From assembly GCF_001194135.2 (NCBI RefSeq), contig NC_068983.1:154090434-154122847 (forward strand): a DNA stretch of 32,414 nt, written 5' to 3'. A model generated the notes under the pieces. That model made no database searches. It worked only from the letters and a program-made list of their open reading frames with translations, and had not been told where the DNA came from. Below, piece after piece: positions 21,592-32,414 of this stretch; the stretch's first letter is position 1, and the number at the start of each line of letters is the position of its first letter. The position numbers and the translations under genes are program-made. Source of the stretch: Octopus bimaculoides. Taxonomy: Eukaryota.

Positions 21592-22270
21592 GCCTTCGCC
21601 GTATTTTAAACATTAAATGAAGCTGCTTTACTCCAGACACCGATGTCTTTGCATCTGCAAGCATCACTTCAATTAAGTCAATGATTCTAAAAAAATCAAT
21701 TGAAATAGTCCGGCCATATTCTTCGGAACACAAACACAAACAGCTGTTTTGTGGCGAGCTGGCAGATGGGAAATGCAATCGGCGATAGAAGCCCTTGCTT
21801 CGGATCGAGCTGGATGGCGAACAAAAGTGTGGAGAGGAGTGGAAGCTTTTCAGGATTCCAGGATGACACATGCCAGACTCCAGAGAGATTTAAAGAAGAA
21901 TGTTGCGATTGAGAAAGTGAATCTCAGCAAACTTTTTGTGTGCACAATTTGTGACAGACCATACCTTTCTTTTGCTAGGCTCAAATATCCTTTGCGGACC
22001 CATGTAAAACGATCCTCCACCAACTAATCTGCCTATTTATCTGTGCACACTTTTCAATGCCGTGTACATCATACGGTCTGCAAATCTAACGGACGCCTCA
22101 AAAGACATTTTGAGACTTACAAAGATCATAACTTAATTGCAGCTCCTGGTGGTCCGAATCCGATATGCAATACATTGTCCGGATTAAAAGCCACATCAGA
22201 CGCCATGATGGATCTAAGACGTAAGTACAAGATGTGGTCAGACTCTGCATAAGGAGTACGCAACCACCAT
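21591..22270 (+). mobile_element. RTE-clade LINE 3' fragment with C-terminal C2H2 finger motifs
   Basis: CLRRILNIK*...NQLK*SGHILR...KQLFCGELADGK...EALASDRAGWRTKVWRGVEAF...CTICDRPYLSFARLKYPLRTH. These match the RTE thumb and C-terminal motifs. An (ATGT)n tail follows. Confidence 0.85.
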
Positions 22271-22377
22271 GTATGTATGTTTGTATGTATGTATGTATGT
22301 ATAATTTATGTATATATGTATGTATGTATGTATATGCATATATATGTGTGTGTGTATATATATTTATATTTATATAT
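22270..22377. repeat. (ATGT)n/(TA)n tail
   Basis: Direct reading. Confidence 0.9.
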
Positions 22378-23027
22378 NNNNNNNNNNNNNNNNNNNNNNN
22401 NNNNNNNNNNNNNNNNNNNNNNNNNNNNNNNNNNNNNNNNNNNNNNNNNNNNNNNNNNNNNNNNNNNNNNNNNNNNNNNNNNNNNNNNNNNNNNNNNNNN
22501 NNNNNNNNNNNNNNNNNNNNNNNNNNNNNNNNNNNNNNNNNNNNNNNNNNNNNNNNNNNNNNNNNNNNNNNNNNNNNNNNNNNNNNNNNNNNNNNNNNNN
22601 NNNNNNNNNNNNNNNNNNNNNNNNNNNNNNNNNNNNNNNNNNNNNNNNNNNNNNNNNNNNNNNNNNNNNNNNNNNNNNNNNNNNNNNNNNNNNNNNNNNN
22701 NNNNNNNNNNNNNNNNNNNNNNNNNNNNNNNNNNNNNNNNNNNNNNNNNNNNNNNNNNNNNNNNNNNNNNNNNNNNNNNNNNNNNNNNNNNNNNNNNNNN
22801 NNNNNNNNNNNNNNNNNNNNNNNNNNNNNNNNNNNNNNNNNNNNNNNNNNNNNNNNNNNNNNNNNNNNNNNNNNNNNNNNNNNNNNNNNNNNNNNNNNNN
22901 NNNNNNNNNNNNNNNNNNNNNNNNNNNNNNNNNNNNNNNNNNNNNNNNNNNNNNNNNNNNNNNNNNNNNNNNNNNNNNNNNNNNNNNNNNNNNNNNNNNN
23001 NNNNNNNNNNNNNNNNNNNNNNNNNNN
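22378..23027. other. Assembly gap (650 N)
   Basis: Run of N flanked by (TA)n. Confidence 1.
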
Positions 23028-23063
<36 letters not shown>

Positions 23064-23249
23064 GAGGTGTGACCAGCGTATTTTTAGTACTTACGTTGTG
23101 AGAGGAAGTGTGCTTTAGCAAGGGGAATAAATCATCAGCTGGTTTTGTTTTAGCTAAATTGCGTACAGAACTATCCATGGTAATATCTCGTTTCTCCTTT
23201 CCGTTAATTAAAACCGGAAATTATTTATTCATTTTCGTGCTTACAAGCT

Positions 23250-23620
23250 TACTATCTTACTCCATATTAGGAAAACGCTTGTTTTTCGTCCTGTAAATCT
23301 CTTTGCATTCCCGCAGTACTAAATATTAAATACAGTTGGTCATAACTTTTCTTTACAACTTCTTTCATATTTAACAACCGCTCTAGGAAATATACTTCGT
23401 ATTTTTAATTAGCGTTAAATGTCCTTCTAGATCTAAGCGGCGAAATTTACCTAAAGCCTTCCATACATGATGGAATTCTTTCTATCAAAATCTACATACT
23501 GCTTAATTTCTCTTCTCAGATTCTTCAACTAAAAGCAGCCTATTTTCGCTTTCTTGCCCTCCAACATAGCCCCTCCACATTTATTTTGTTTCTCGTCCTC
23601 TTTCTATGACAGTTACTCAA
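23250..23620 (+). mobile_element. Possible very decayed CR1/L2-group LINE RT-thumb remnant
   Basis: Weak, frameshifted resemblance only (ALGNILR..., HTW-like, SLLR..QLKAA, LQH.., LF-Y-like). Confidence 0.25.
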
Positions 23621-23899
23621 TATGTATGTATAACAACAGAATCGCACGCATTCAGCTTTTTGTCAGTACAGTTAGCTCGAGACCGGTGGCTGTGCTGGAG
23701 CGCTGCCGTTGTATAAAGAATATATTATAAAAAAATATAAACATGTGTTGAATTCAATTTCAGAAATGCACACACAAATACCCATACACATACACACAAA
23801 TATATGTACGTATATATATATATATATATATNNNNNNNNNNNNNNNNNNNNNNNNNNNNNNNNNNNNNNNNNNNNNNNNNNNATTAATTTATTTACATA

Positions 23900-24281
23900 A
23901 GGGCATTACTATACAAGAATGCATCACGCTATGAGGCACTCTAAGATCAAACTACCATAATAAACACATTTTTACCGAACGCGAGGAAATGCAACTCTCA
24001 AAGGTAGCCCCTTAAAAACAGACTGAATTATAGATCATGATTTCGTAGTTATTGCAGTATTATACATCTTCTACTCGTCAGTATAATGTGGTCAAGGAAC
24101 ATAGAAATAAACAGAAAATCAACATAGCAAACGAACACGGTCATGATCTATAATTCAGTCTGTTTTTAAAGGGCTAGCTTTGAGAGTTGCATTTCCTCGC
24201 GTTCGGTAAAAATGTGTTTATTATGGTAGTTTGATCCTAGAGTGCCTCATAGCGTGAGGCATTCTTGTATAGTAATGCCCT
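23900..24281. mobile_element. MITE / non-autonomous DNA transposon with 141-bp TIRs
   Basis: Arms 23900-24040 and 24141-24281 are reverse complements with 4 mismatches around a 100-bp spacer. TA lies on both sides (23898-99 and 24282-83). Confidence 0.9.
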
Positions 24282-24393
24282 TATATAAATAAATATATTT
24301 TGGAGAATAAATGATGGATCTGTTTCCCTTGTGAGGTTTTGTTCACGCTAGTTACTTGATAAATTATTTTAAAAGAATTCATCCCATTATTGA

Positions 24394-24454
<61 letters not shown>

Positions 24455-24607
24455 TGTATGTATATATAAAAGTGGGTGGGTCACGTAATGTTGGATACTT
24501 TTCCATTTCTTAGTATCTGGCAGCGCTAAACTCATCAGAAAGCATATCAAAGGACAATTGCCATGTCCAAGTAAAAGGAGATAATTGGTTGTGGAGTGTA
24601 CTTTACC

Positions 24608-24660
24608 CTCTGAGTTGAAATCCCGCCGAGGTTATGTTTCACCCTTTCGTGTTCGACAAA
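24608..24660 (+). mobile_element. SINE family C fragment
   Basis: CTCTGAGTTGAAATCCCGCCGAGGTT...CACCCTTTCGTGTTCGACAAA. Confidence 0.45.
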
Positions 24661-25888
24661 CTACAAAGATTATACAGAAACTATTGCAAAATAGACAATA
24701 CCATTTTAATTAACTTAGAGAGACGAAAGGAAACTGGCTGTGCATATGTCAGTGCATCAGTTAACACCTCAATATTTTCATATAGATTTATGTTATGATC
24801 ACCGATGGAACAGTTTGCATCACTGATGATGGGGACTTTGTTGCATGTGTCATTTTTAATTGAAGTAGTGGTGTACTACCAACCTAAATAACTGAAACGA
24901 TATTTGTAAGTTAATACAGTATTTATGCGCACTTTACTTCATTTTCAGACGAACCTCAGTGTGTGGATATTTGTGCTTTTACTTAAGATGTTCACACCTT
25001 TGCCATCAAGTATGTATGTGATGTCATATAACCCGATATTCAATCCGAAAGAATCTATTGGAAAATAGTTATATTATACGGCAGTACTGTTATCGAAACA
25101 TAGAACCTTTATACAATTCAGTATTGTATCAAAATCGTTACATTGTATTGTATTGGGGGTTCTTAGCAAAATCTGTGTCACTGCGTTGCGATGGGTTTGG
25201 ATGTAAAAGGCTAAAAATCGACACTATCGGATTATGTTTATCTATAGTCGTATTTATTATCGATACTTCTGAACCACTTTATGCCATCAATACCTTTATG
25301 CTACTGACGTAGTTTTCAGATTTCCCTAATAGTATTGCTAATGCAGCTTAAAATCACCTTAAGGATTAGTTTCGTACGTTTAATTAACAGACATTAAGGG
25401 TAGGTGCAATGTTTTATGACCATTAATGGCCATCAATCCTCAACGTCTACCTTAGTCAACTACGTAGTTTTAAGTTGTGATTTCGGCCTCAATGAGATAT
25501 TCTATGCATTGGTCCAAATTGTCATAGAGTTGTGCATAATGTTAGTAATGAATAGTTGTTTGACTAAATCATATAGACACGTAATTTGATTTGAAAATAA
25601 TTATTGGACTTGTGAATGTCCTAATATATTATTTATAAGGTATTTCAATTTAGTTTGGATGTCATTACAGTGTATACGGAATTGCTGCTAGTTATAGGAT
25701 ATCGAATTCAGAGATTCTAGCGTCTTAGTTTTGGAAGGAGCATCGTTTTTCTAATTCCGTTTTTGTATAGTGTTTCATCGATTAAAGCAGAGTGGAAAAA
25801 TTGACACTTTGCAGCACGTCCTTTGGGACATGTGTAGTAGAGACTTATGTCTACTCCATACAAAATCAATATTAATAATCACCATAAT

Positions 25889-25929
<41 letters not shown>

Positions 25930-26000
25930 GTGTGTGTGTGTGTGCATGTGTATATGTGTATGTGTCCGCGCGTGTATGTGCGTGAATATGTGCGCGTGAG
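25889..26000. repeat. (TG)n microsatellite
   Basis: Direct reading. Confidence 0.92.
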
Positions 26001-26395
26001 CGCGGATCCCAAAGTTAATTTCCAACCTTGTTCTGCCTCGTTGAATGTGTGAGTGTGTGTGTATGTGAATGTGTTTATTATGCATAAACTCTTCATTGAG
26101 CAGATGGATGAAAGCCTGCAATTTTAAACAAAAAAACTTACAGAACTCAAGGTATATAACCACTAAATAAAACTGATAAATTAGTACTCTAAATTATAAA
26201 ATATGGGATAAATTACCATTTACAATGTAACTGATTGACAAAAATGACAGTTACTTCAATGATATCGAATTGTACACTGCTCGGAAAAGACACACGTGTC
26301 CAGACACACACACATATATTATATACACAAATATATATATATATAGATAGATAGATAAATATATAGATATAGATATATATATATAGAGAGAGAAT

Positions 26396-26530
26396 TCACA
26401 AAAAAAAAACAACAGACGAAGACAGGTAGTGTAGAAAACAAACAGATGTATTAGTATAACGCTCAGAAATTGGAAAAATCTTTAAAGTTTCGAGCCTACG
26501 CTCTTCCATAGAAAGAGACACAGAAAGAAG
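26396..26530 (-). mobile_element. Penelope-like element terminal-repeat remnant with a degenerate hammerhead core
   Basis: Minus strand 26511-26487 reads CTATGGA-A-GAGC-GTAG-GCTC-GAAAC, which fits the PLE minimal hammerhead pattern CTGANGA-(A)-stem II-GAAAC with two core substitutions. Confidence 0.55.
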
Positions 26531-27186
26531 CAAGGAGAGAAAAAAATGAGTGTAGTGGTTATACATATTACATACGCACACATATCGTTAAACTGTTGTA
26601 TATCCAAATTTGGCCAAATGCATTTTCTCAATATGTACCTCTGCTTGCAAGATATCAAAAATTGTCAAACTGTAGTACAATGGTTATACTACGGAATGGT
26701 GAAACTACTTTTACGTTTTCTGAAAAAGCAACATTTTGGACTTACAACACTTTTGCATAATAGCAACGATACTTATTCTACATAAATAAAGAATTCGCGA
26801 ACGTACGAAGGTTATGCATACATACATATGTACATACTTACACAGAAGTACACACGCACGGATATCCATTTACTCGTCATTTATTTGATTCCAGCTTTTA
26901 TGTTTGATGAAATTATATTATATTTGTATAACTCGCAGGTAATATGGGATGTCGTAAACAGCACTGTAGCATAGAAACAGAAAATACACCAATTCTCAGA
27001 TGCACATATAGATAGACACAAAACATCCACATATACATGCATTTACATGATTCCCTAATTTCATAACCGATATCAGAAGTTATTACGTTCATAGTTATAG
27101 GTAAATGTATATAAATGCCGGCATATTTAGTTGAATAAATGCGAAGCTTTTTGCATAATGATACCATTTGCATTGTCATATGTTTA

Positions 27187-27189
<3 letters not shown>

Positions 27190-27227
<38 letters not shown>

Positions 27228-27300
27228 ATCTATCTATCTATCTATCTCTCTATCTCTCTTTCTCACTCTCCCTGCCTATTCCTCTCTCTCTCTTTCTTCC
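27190..27300. repeat. (CT)n/(CTAT)n microsatellite
   Basis: Direct reading. Confidence 0.92.
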
Positions 27301-27751
27301 CCTTCTCTGGTTTTCTATTACCCTCTGCATCAACTTATAGATAGCTAGATTGATAGACCGGGAGAGAGGGAGAGAAAGACATACACAGACACTCTCGCCG
27401 AGGGATACAGAATGTATTCATGGTCCTTTGGTATTCAACTCCAAAAGGATTATAAATATATAAATATATTGGTCTTTTCCGTCCTTAAAAATAACAGAGC
27501 AGCCATTGAAAGCATTATTTCTGTCTATCTTTTCAAAATTTTAATCTAATTTCTTTCATTTCTATTTTTGCTTATCTTTTATATCGGAGTATCGATTATT
27601 TATAAAATGTGACATCGATGTTAGCTCATCACATTACAAACTATAGAATAATACAGGAAATGTGTGAGAACATGCGTATTTTCCTAGCATGTTTTGAATC
27701 AGTAAAATGAAAGTCGTTTGAATCATTAGAATCTTAGAAGCTACACACATT

Positions 27752-27754
<3 letters not shown>

Positions 27755-27805
<51 letters not shown>

Positions 27806-27808
27806 CAC
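27755..27808. repeat. (CA)n microsatellite
   Basis: Direct reading. Confidence 0.95.
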
Positions 27809-27821
27809 CACTATATATAGT

Positions 27822-27930
27822 GAATGCGTGTGGCTCAGTGGTTAGAGTAATCGGTTCACAATCGTAAGGCTGTGAGATCTATTCCAGATGAGGCGTTGTG
27901 TCCTTGAGCAAGGCACTTTATTTCACGACT
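27822..27930 (+). mobile_element. SINE family B head and CORE, 3'-truncated
   Basis: A box TGGCTCAGTGG and CORE-like GTTGTGTCCTTGAGCAAGGCACTTTATTTCAC. It matches the head of 2378-2715. Confidence 0.7.
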
Positions 27931-28134
27931 CTCTTCTTGTTCATTGCATTGCACGTGTGTATCTTTATTGTGAGCGTCGAAGAAATCGACCCCAGGACTT
28001 ATCTTTTGTAAGCCTAATACTTATTCTATCTGTCCTTTTTGCCGGACCGGTAAGTTACGGGGAAAAAATCGCACCAGCATCGGTTGTCAAGCGATGGTGG
28101 ACACACACACACACACACACATATGTATATATAC

Positions 28135-28174
<40 letters not shown>

Positions 28175-28337
28175 GACGGGCTTCTTTCAGTTTCCGTCTA
28201 CCAAATCCACTCACAAGGCTTTAGTCGGCCCGAGGCTATAGTAGAAGAAACTTGCCCAAGGTGCAACGTAGTGGGACTGAACCCGGAACCATGTGGTTGG
28301 GAAGCAAGCCTCTTACCACACACCCATGCCTGCGCCT
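27930..28337 (-). mobile_element. SINE family A, near full length with internal (CA)n(TA)n
   Basis: Colinear with 14007-14379: B box GGTTCAGTCCC and CORE-like GCACCTTGGGCAAGT. The stretch 27930-27975 is decayed. Confidence 0.92.
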
Positions 28338-28644
28338 TTATATGAATATTATTATTTTCTAGAATAATGTATGACTTAACGTAAACTTTCACAGTGCATC
28401 TCTTGAAGACGAACGTCAAACGCGAGAAAACAACGGAGCTGCATGAATGGACGCTGAACAACCATACCCGTCATCACTGAAATCGGGTATGTCGATCCCA
28501 AATCGGCCTTATCAGCTACGAACTAGCGTGCAGATGACGTGGGCAAGAACGTTCCTAATCTTCGTTAGCGAAACCAAGCCATGATGATTGGTATCGTTAT
28601 GTCTAAACGAAATCACAACAAACTCGCGCATGCGCACGCACTCA

Positions 28645-28660
28645 CATACACGCGCACATA

Positions 28661-28722
<62 letters not shown>
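28645..28722. repeat. (CA)n microsatellite
   Basis: Direct reading. Confidence 0.95.
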
Positions 28723-28726
<4 letters not shown>

Positions 28727-29607
28727 GATAATTACACATTCACGGCAGTTATGCCAGCTTCATTTGTGTTGGTATATGCCTGATTTGCAGTAAAATATTC
28801 CTCATGAGACGAGTTTACAGAAGAGTCTGAACTCGTCTATGCAATCTCATGAAATAATGAAACTCAGACTGTTATTGAGATGTTCGGCTTTGAAATAATG
28901 CATCATGTAATTCCTTCGCATATCCCTCTAGACCTGTTTGAGGGTTATTGTTTGGCACCTGGATACAGCATAGCACCATTGATGTAATACGACTTGTATA
29001 TTATTCATTAACATTCTTAGCTCTATAAAACGAAAGTAAGGTTGACACCTAATGCTAAATAGTCCGTCAGCCACCCAGAGAAATTAAATTGTGTTTGTCT
29101 ACAGCTAATGCAAGGTACACTACTATACGAGTTGAAGTTCTATGTTTCACATAATAATAATAATTACATCCGCTATAATTAACTTATGAGGAATATTAGC
29201 TGATAAAATTTTATTCGGCAAATTAACAAACTATTAGATTAAACTAATCAGTAATTGTCTAATTTAATTTCCATAAAGGAAATTAAATTAGTTGTCCAAT
29301 GACCCGTTTGATGTTTCTTCTCGCTTCTGTTTTCGTCAGATATTATACAAAACAGATAATAAGCAATCTATTTCTTTTACACAGCAGGCAAAAGAAATAA
29401 TGTCCAAACATCAAGTTTTCTGTGTTTATTTGCTTCACTATGGGTAACGAGCGGTTTCCAATAATATAGTGATAAGCTGTACTAATTGATGTTCATTAAA
29501 TGAAAAATGTGCTGTGACTATTTTCGAAATAGCATGAACGTCTGTAGAACATTACAGATTGTTTAATCCGATGATAGAGAACACTGCCATTTATCTCGCT
29601 TTATTTG

Positions 29608-29675
29608 CTGTACAGAGAAGGTTTCATCACACCGAAACGTATCCGGAGTTGTCACCCATACTTCCTGGAATAAAT
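29608..29675 (+). mobile_element. Possible Penelope-like terminal-repeat remnant
   Basis: GAGA-A-GGT-ttcatcac-ACC-GAAACGT is followed by AATAAA at 29669. The 5' core is not intact. Confidence 0.25.
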
Positions 29676-30064
29676 TAAGTAATAATATTTATTGACTAGT
29701 AGTGTCTATTTACTCCAGCAAATAATTATTCGTAAATTGCTTCTTAATACTTTATATACGATGACACTAACATAACTATTGTTGTTTTCTTTTTCGCCAG
29801 TAGAGACAGTGTTTTATGTTATCTTTTCTCCAGACTATTTTCATAAACTGTCGAGTAAGAGATACATTTTTCGAGGGATTCACACTCATTAATGCATATG
29901 CAGAATGTATCATTTGTAAGGAAGTTTGAAAGGAATAGGGAAGCACTGCTGGAGGAATCATGGTGATTTGGTACACCTAAGTGTATAGCATCAGTAAGGC
30001 TTATTAGATTTTAAAATAGGTGAGCGCCAGAGGATACTCATGCTGGAAATTGAAATGATCAGAC

Positions 30065-30155
30065 GTGTGTGTGTGTGTGTGTGTGTGTTTCTGTGTGTGT
30101 GTGCGTGTGTGTCTGTGTGTGTGAGTGCGCGTGTTTCTGTGTGCGCGTGCGTGTG
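30065..30155. repeat. (TG)n microsatellite
   Basis: Direct reading. Confidence 0.9.
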
Positions 30156-30296
30156 TTTCTTTGTGAGTATAAGAATCGGCAAAACAAAAGTAGACAGGTA
30201 ATTCATGAATGTATTATTCTGGAGGTGGACTGTTTGTGTCGTTAAAATGTTTGATACAATTCCTATCGATAGTTGTATCGATATTGGTATCGGTTT

Positions 30297-30490
30297 AAGG
30301 CGGCGATCTGGCAGAATCGTTAGCACGTTGCCCAAAATGCTTAGAGGCAATTCGTCCGTCTCAAACTCCACCGACGTCGACTTCGCCTTTCATCTTTTCA
30401 GGATTGATAGAATAAATACTGAGGTTCATGTAACCGATTTGCTCTCTCCTCTGGTATTGCTGGCCATGTACCAAAATTGGAAACCAATAT
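30297..30490 (+). mobile_element. SINE family C with most of the B box deleted
   Basis: AAGGCGGCGATCTGGCAGAATCGTTAGCACG...TCAAACTCCACCGACGTCGACTTCGCCTTTCATCTTTTCAGG. It lacks the GTTCTGAGT seen in other copies. Confidence 0.85.
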
Positions 30491-30820
30491 TTGTATTGGT
30501 TTTCTAATGAACAGTTAATATCTTGACGTGGTCAACTTTCTTTTCATCCACAAAATTTCGATAACACAAAATACCAGACAACTCTTTGGTGGGGGAGGAG
30601 TGACATTTAAGGTAAAACCCTACTCTTAAATTATTGCTTTGTTTCTAAATTAGAAAGAATTATTACCCAGCGTTTATTAGGAGCGAAATTTAACACAAAT
30701 GAAGCTACAGATAAAAATTTAGATCTTATTCTAGTTTTTAACAGCAACTATATTCTTTATTATTGAGAAGGCAATGTAGTGGGCATACATTTTTGTAGGT
30801 CTCTCACAATTTACACATTA

Positions 30821-30821
<1 letters not shown>

Positions 30822-30872
<51 letters not shown>
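30822..30872. repeat. (CA)n microsatellite
   Basis: Direct reading. Confidence 0.95.
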
Positions 30873-30874
<2 letters not shown>

Positions 30875-31470
30875 GCATATAAGAATGTGTGCGTGCTCGC
30901 GTGTGTGTATAGAGAGAGAGAGAGCAATAGAGATGGAGAGAGAATGATATAATGGTAGTGAATAGCATTGCTCATTCTCGATAATGCAAAGGACATTGTA
31001 TAAAACAGTACATTTAGAACTCGTTTACTTGACAATGACATCTGTCTATGAAATTTAAACAACGGAGGATCTGAATTCAATACAGGCTAATAAACCATAC
31101 ATCATTTACACAGTAATACTGCTCACTACCAACCTGAACAGTTCCTCCAACTTCGTGTTTATTTGCAGTTATGTGAAGTCGGATATTGAGAGTTAATAGT
31201 TTAAGTCATTAAGAGCGCAATGCACGTTCAGAATACGAATCAATGTCCGTTTGGCTACTTGCCCAACGCTATCAGATCGGACGCATATGGTTGTCCATAA
31301 AACATTTCTGAAAGAGGTATATTTTGCTAAACTCTCTATATCTCTCTATTTCCCATCTTTCATCCATCCTTTTTCCACACCAGTCACTCTCTAACTCTGT
31401 AGCATTCTCTCAAACATTTTTTTCTCGGTTGCTTTAATTTCCATCTGCTCTAATATCTTAATGTATATTT

Positions 31471-31875
31471 TTTTATCTTTTATTTATTTGAGTCATTAGA
31501 CGACAGCCATACAGGGGCACGGACGTGAACGAATTTTAATCGAAGGATTCGAACACAGTACTTTATAATATATTTTTTTCAGCTTGATACTTATTCTATC
31601 GGCCTTTTGCCGGACTACTAAGTTACGGGGACGTAAATACAACACAGGTTGTCAAGTAATAGATTCAGATGACAAAAACAGACACAAAAATACACAGATT
31701 GATACATAAATATACAATGGGCTTCTTTCAGTTTCGTCTACCAAATCCACTCGCAAGGTTTCGATCGACTCAAGACTAAAGCAAAAGTAACTTGTCCTCG
31801 GTGCCACGCAGTGGGACTAAACACGGTACCATGAGGTTGGGAAGCAAACGTCTTATCACAGAGCCACGTGTCTGT
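31471..31875 (-). mobile_element. SINE family A, older copy
   Basis: TACTTATTCTATCGG...AAGTTACGGGGACGTAAA...GGGCTTCTTTCAGTTT.GTCTACCAAATCCACTC...GTGCCACGCAGTGGGACT, colinear with 27930-28337. Confidence 0.85.
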
Positions 31876-31909
31876 ATGTTTAAGTACTTCCGATAGAAGA
31901 TGGCACGGT

Positions 31910-32300
31910 GCTAGTGTGTGAGTGGGTGTGTGTTGCGGTGTATGACTGCGCATGCGTGTGTGTGCGCGAGCATGTGTGTCTGTCTGTGAGCGCATGCGGG
32001 CGTGTCTGTGCATGTGCATGTGTGCGCATATATGTGTATGTGTGTGTGTATGGGTGTATGTGTGTGCGTGTGTATGTCTTAATGCTAGTGAGGATGTTTA
32101 TGCGTACATCTTTGAATCCACATTCCGAGATATATAAAGGCAAAGACATACAAACACATCACATACAAAAAAGAAACGCATATTATAAATATGTACATGG
32201 ATACATACACAAATATGTACATACATATGTACACATACGTACATCCATACAAATATAATATGTACATGCATATGGCTACGTACAGTCATGAAGCACTAAC
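31910..32300. repeat. Decayed (TG)n and (CA/TA)n low-complexity region
   Basis: Direct reading. Confidence 0.8.
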
Positions 32301-32414
32301 AGACATACACACAAAAACATTGTGTATTGGTGGGAGCACATATCTGCATGTGTTTCCTTCTCTGTTTATGTGTACTCATAGAATTTTGAAGTGTCTAGTT
32401 TTGTGCAATTGTAC

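Noticed and set aside
21749-22027. 92-aa ORF with a C2H2 motif as a host zinc-finger gene
   Set aside because: It is contiguous with RTE RT-thumb motifs upstream, has no TGEKP linkers, and the finger is damaged.
6289-23178. Long 246-361 aa ORFs filled with X
   Set aside because: They only span assembly gaps because N codons are not stops.
24786-25009. Splice-like signals (TTTTCAG at 24948, GTATGT at about 25010, GTAAGT at 24906)
   Set aside because: The upstream segment has stops in all frames, the implied intron is only ~43 nt, and the peptide is unrecognisable.
25070-25270. Cluster of ATCG/ATCGAT motifs (also 30262-30295) as hAT subterminal repeats
   Set aside because: No terminal inverted repeats or 8-bp TSD could be found.
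28531-28575. CAGATGA...GAAAC as a hammerhead
   Set aside because: Core U4 is substituted and no stem II can be formed.
1-32414. CRISPR array, prokaryotic operon or defence system
   Set aside because: There are no regularly spaced repeat-spacer units or dense gene-like ORFs; the window is eukaryotic repeat-rich DNA.

Overview
This is repeat-dense, AT-rich animal genomic DNA from a draft assembly. It has three large N gaps (6587-7321, 15950-16575, 22378-23027) and several small ones. The SINE families and microsatellite load resemble an Octopus (coleoid cephalopod) genome; this is recognised from memory, not from a search. No host protein-coding gene, rRNA, true tRNA or CRISPR array is supported, and most ORFs in the track are microsatellite or N-gap artefacts. 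The window contains: (1) four 5'-truncated, decayed R4/Dong-like RLE non-LTR retrotransposon fragments stacked around (TAA)n runs at 2.7-8.2 kb; (2) about 17 copies or fragments of at least four tRNA-derived SINE families, including one SINE nested in another with a TSD; (3) an internally deleted DD37D (maT) Tc1/mariner element with both ends and TA flanks; (4) an RTE-clade LINE 3' end with up to three C2H2 finger motifs, sitting inside (ATGT)n; (5) a 382-bp MITE with 141-bp, 97% identical inverted arms; (6) Penelope-like repeat remnants with degenerate hammerhead cores. The most coherent 'system' is microsatellite-associated retroposition. All family labels come from hand translation and need profile searches to confirm.
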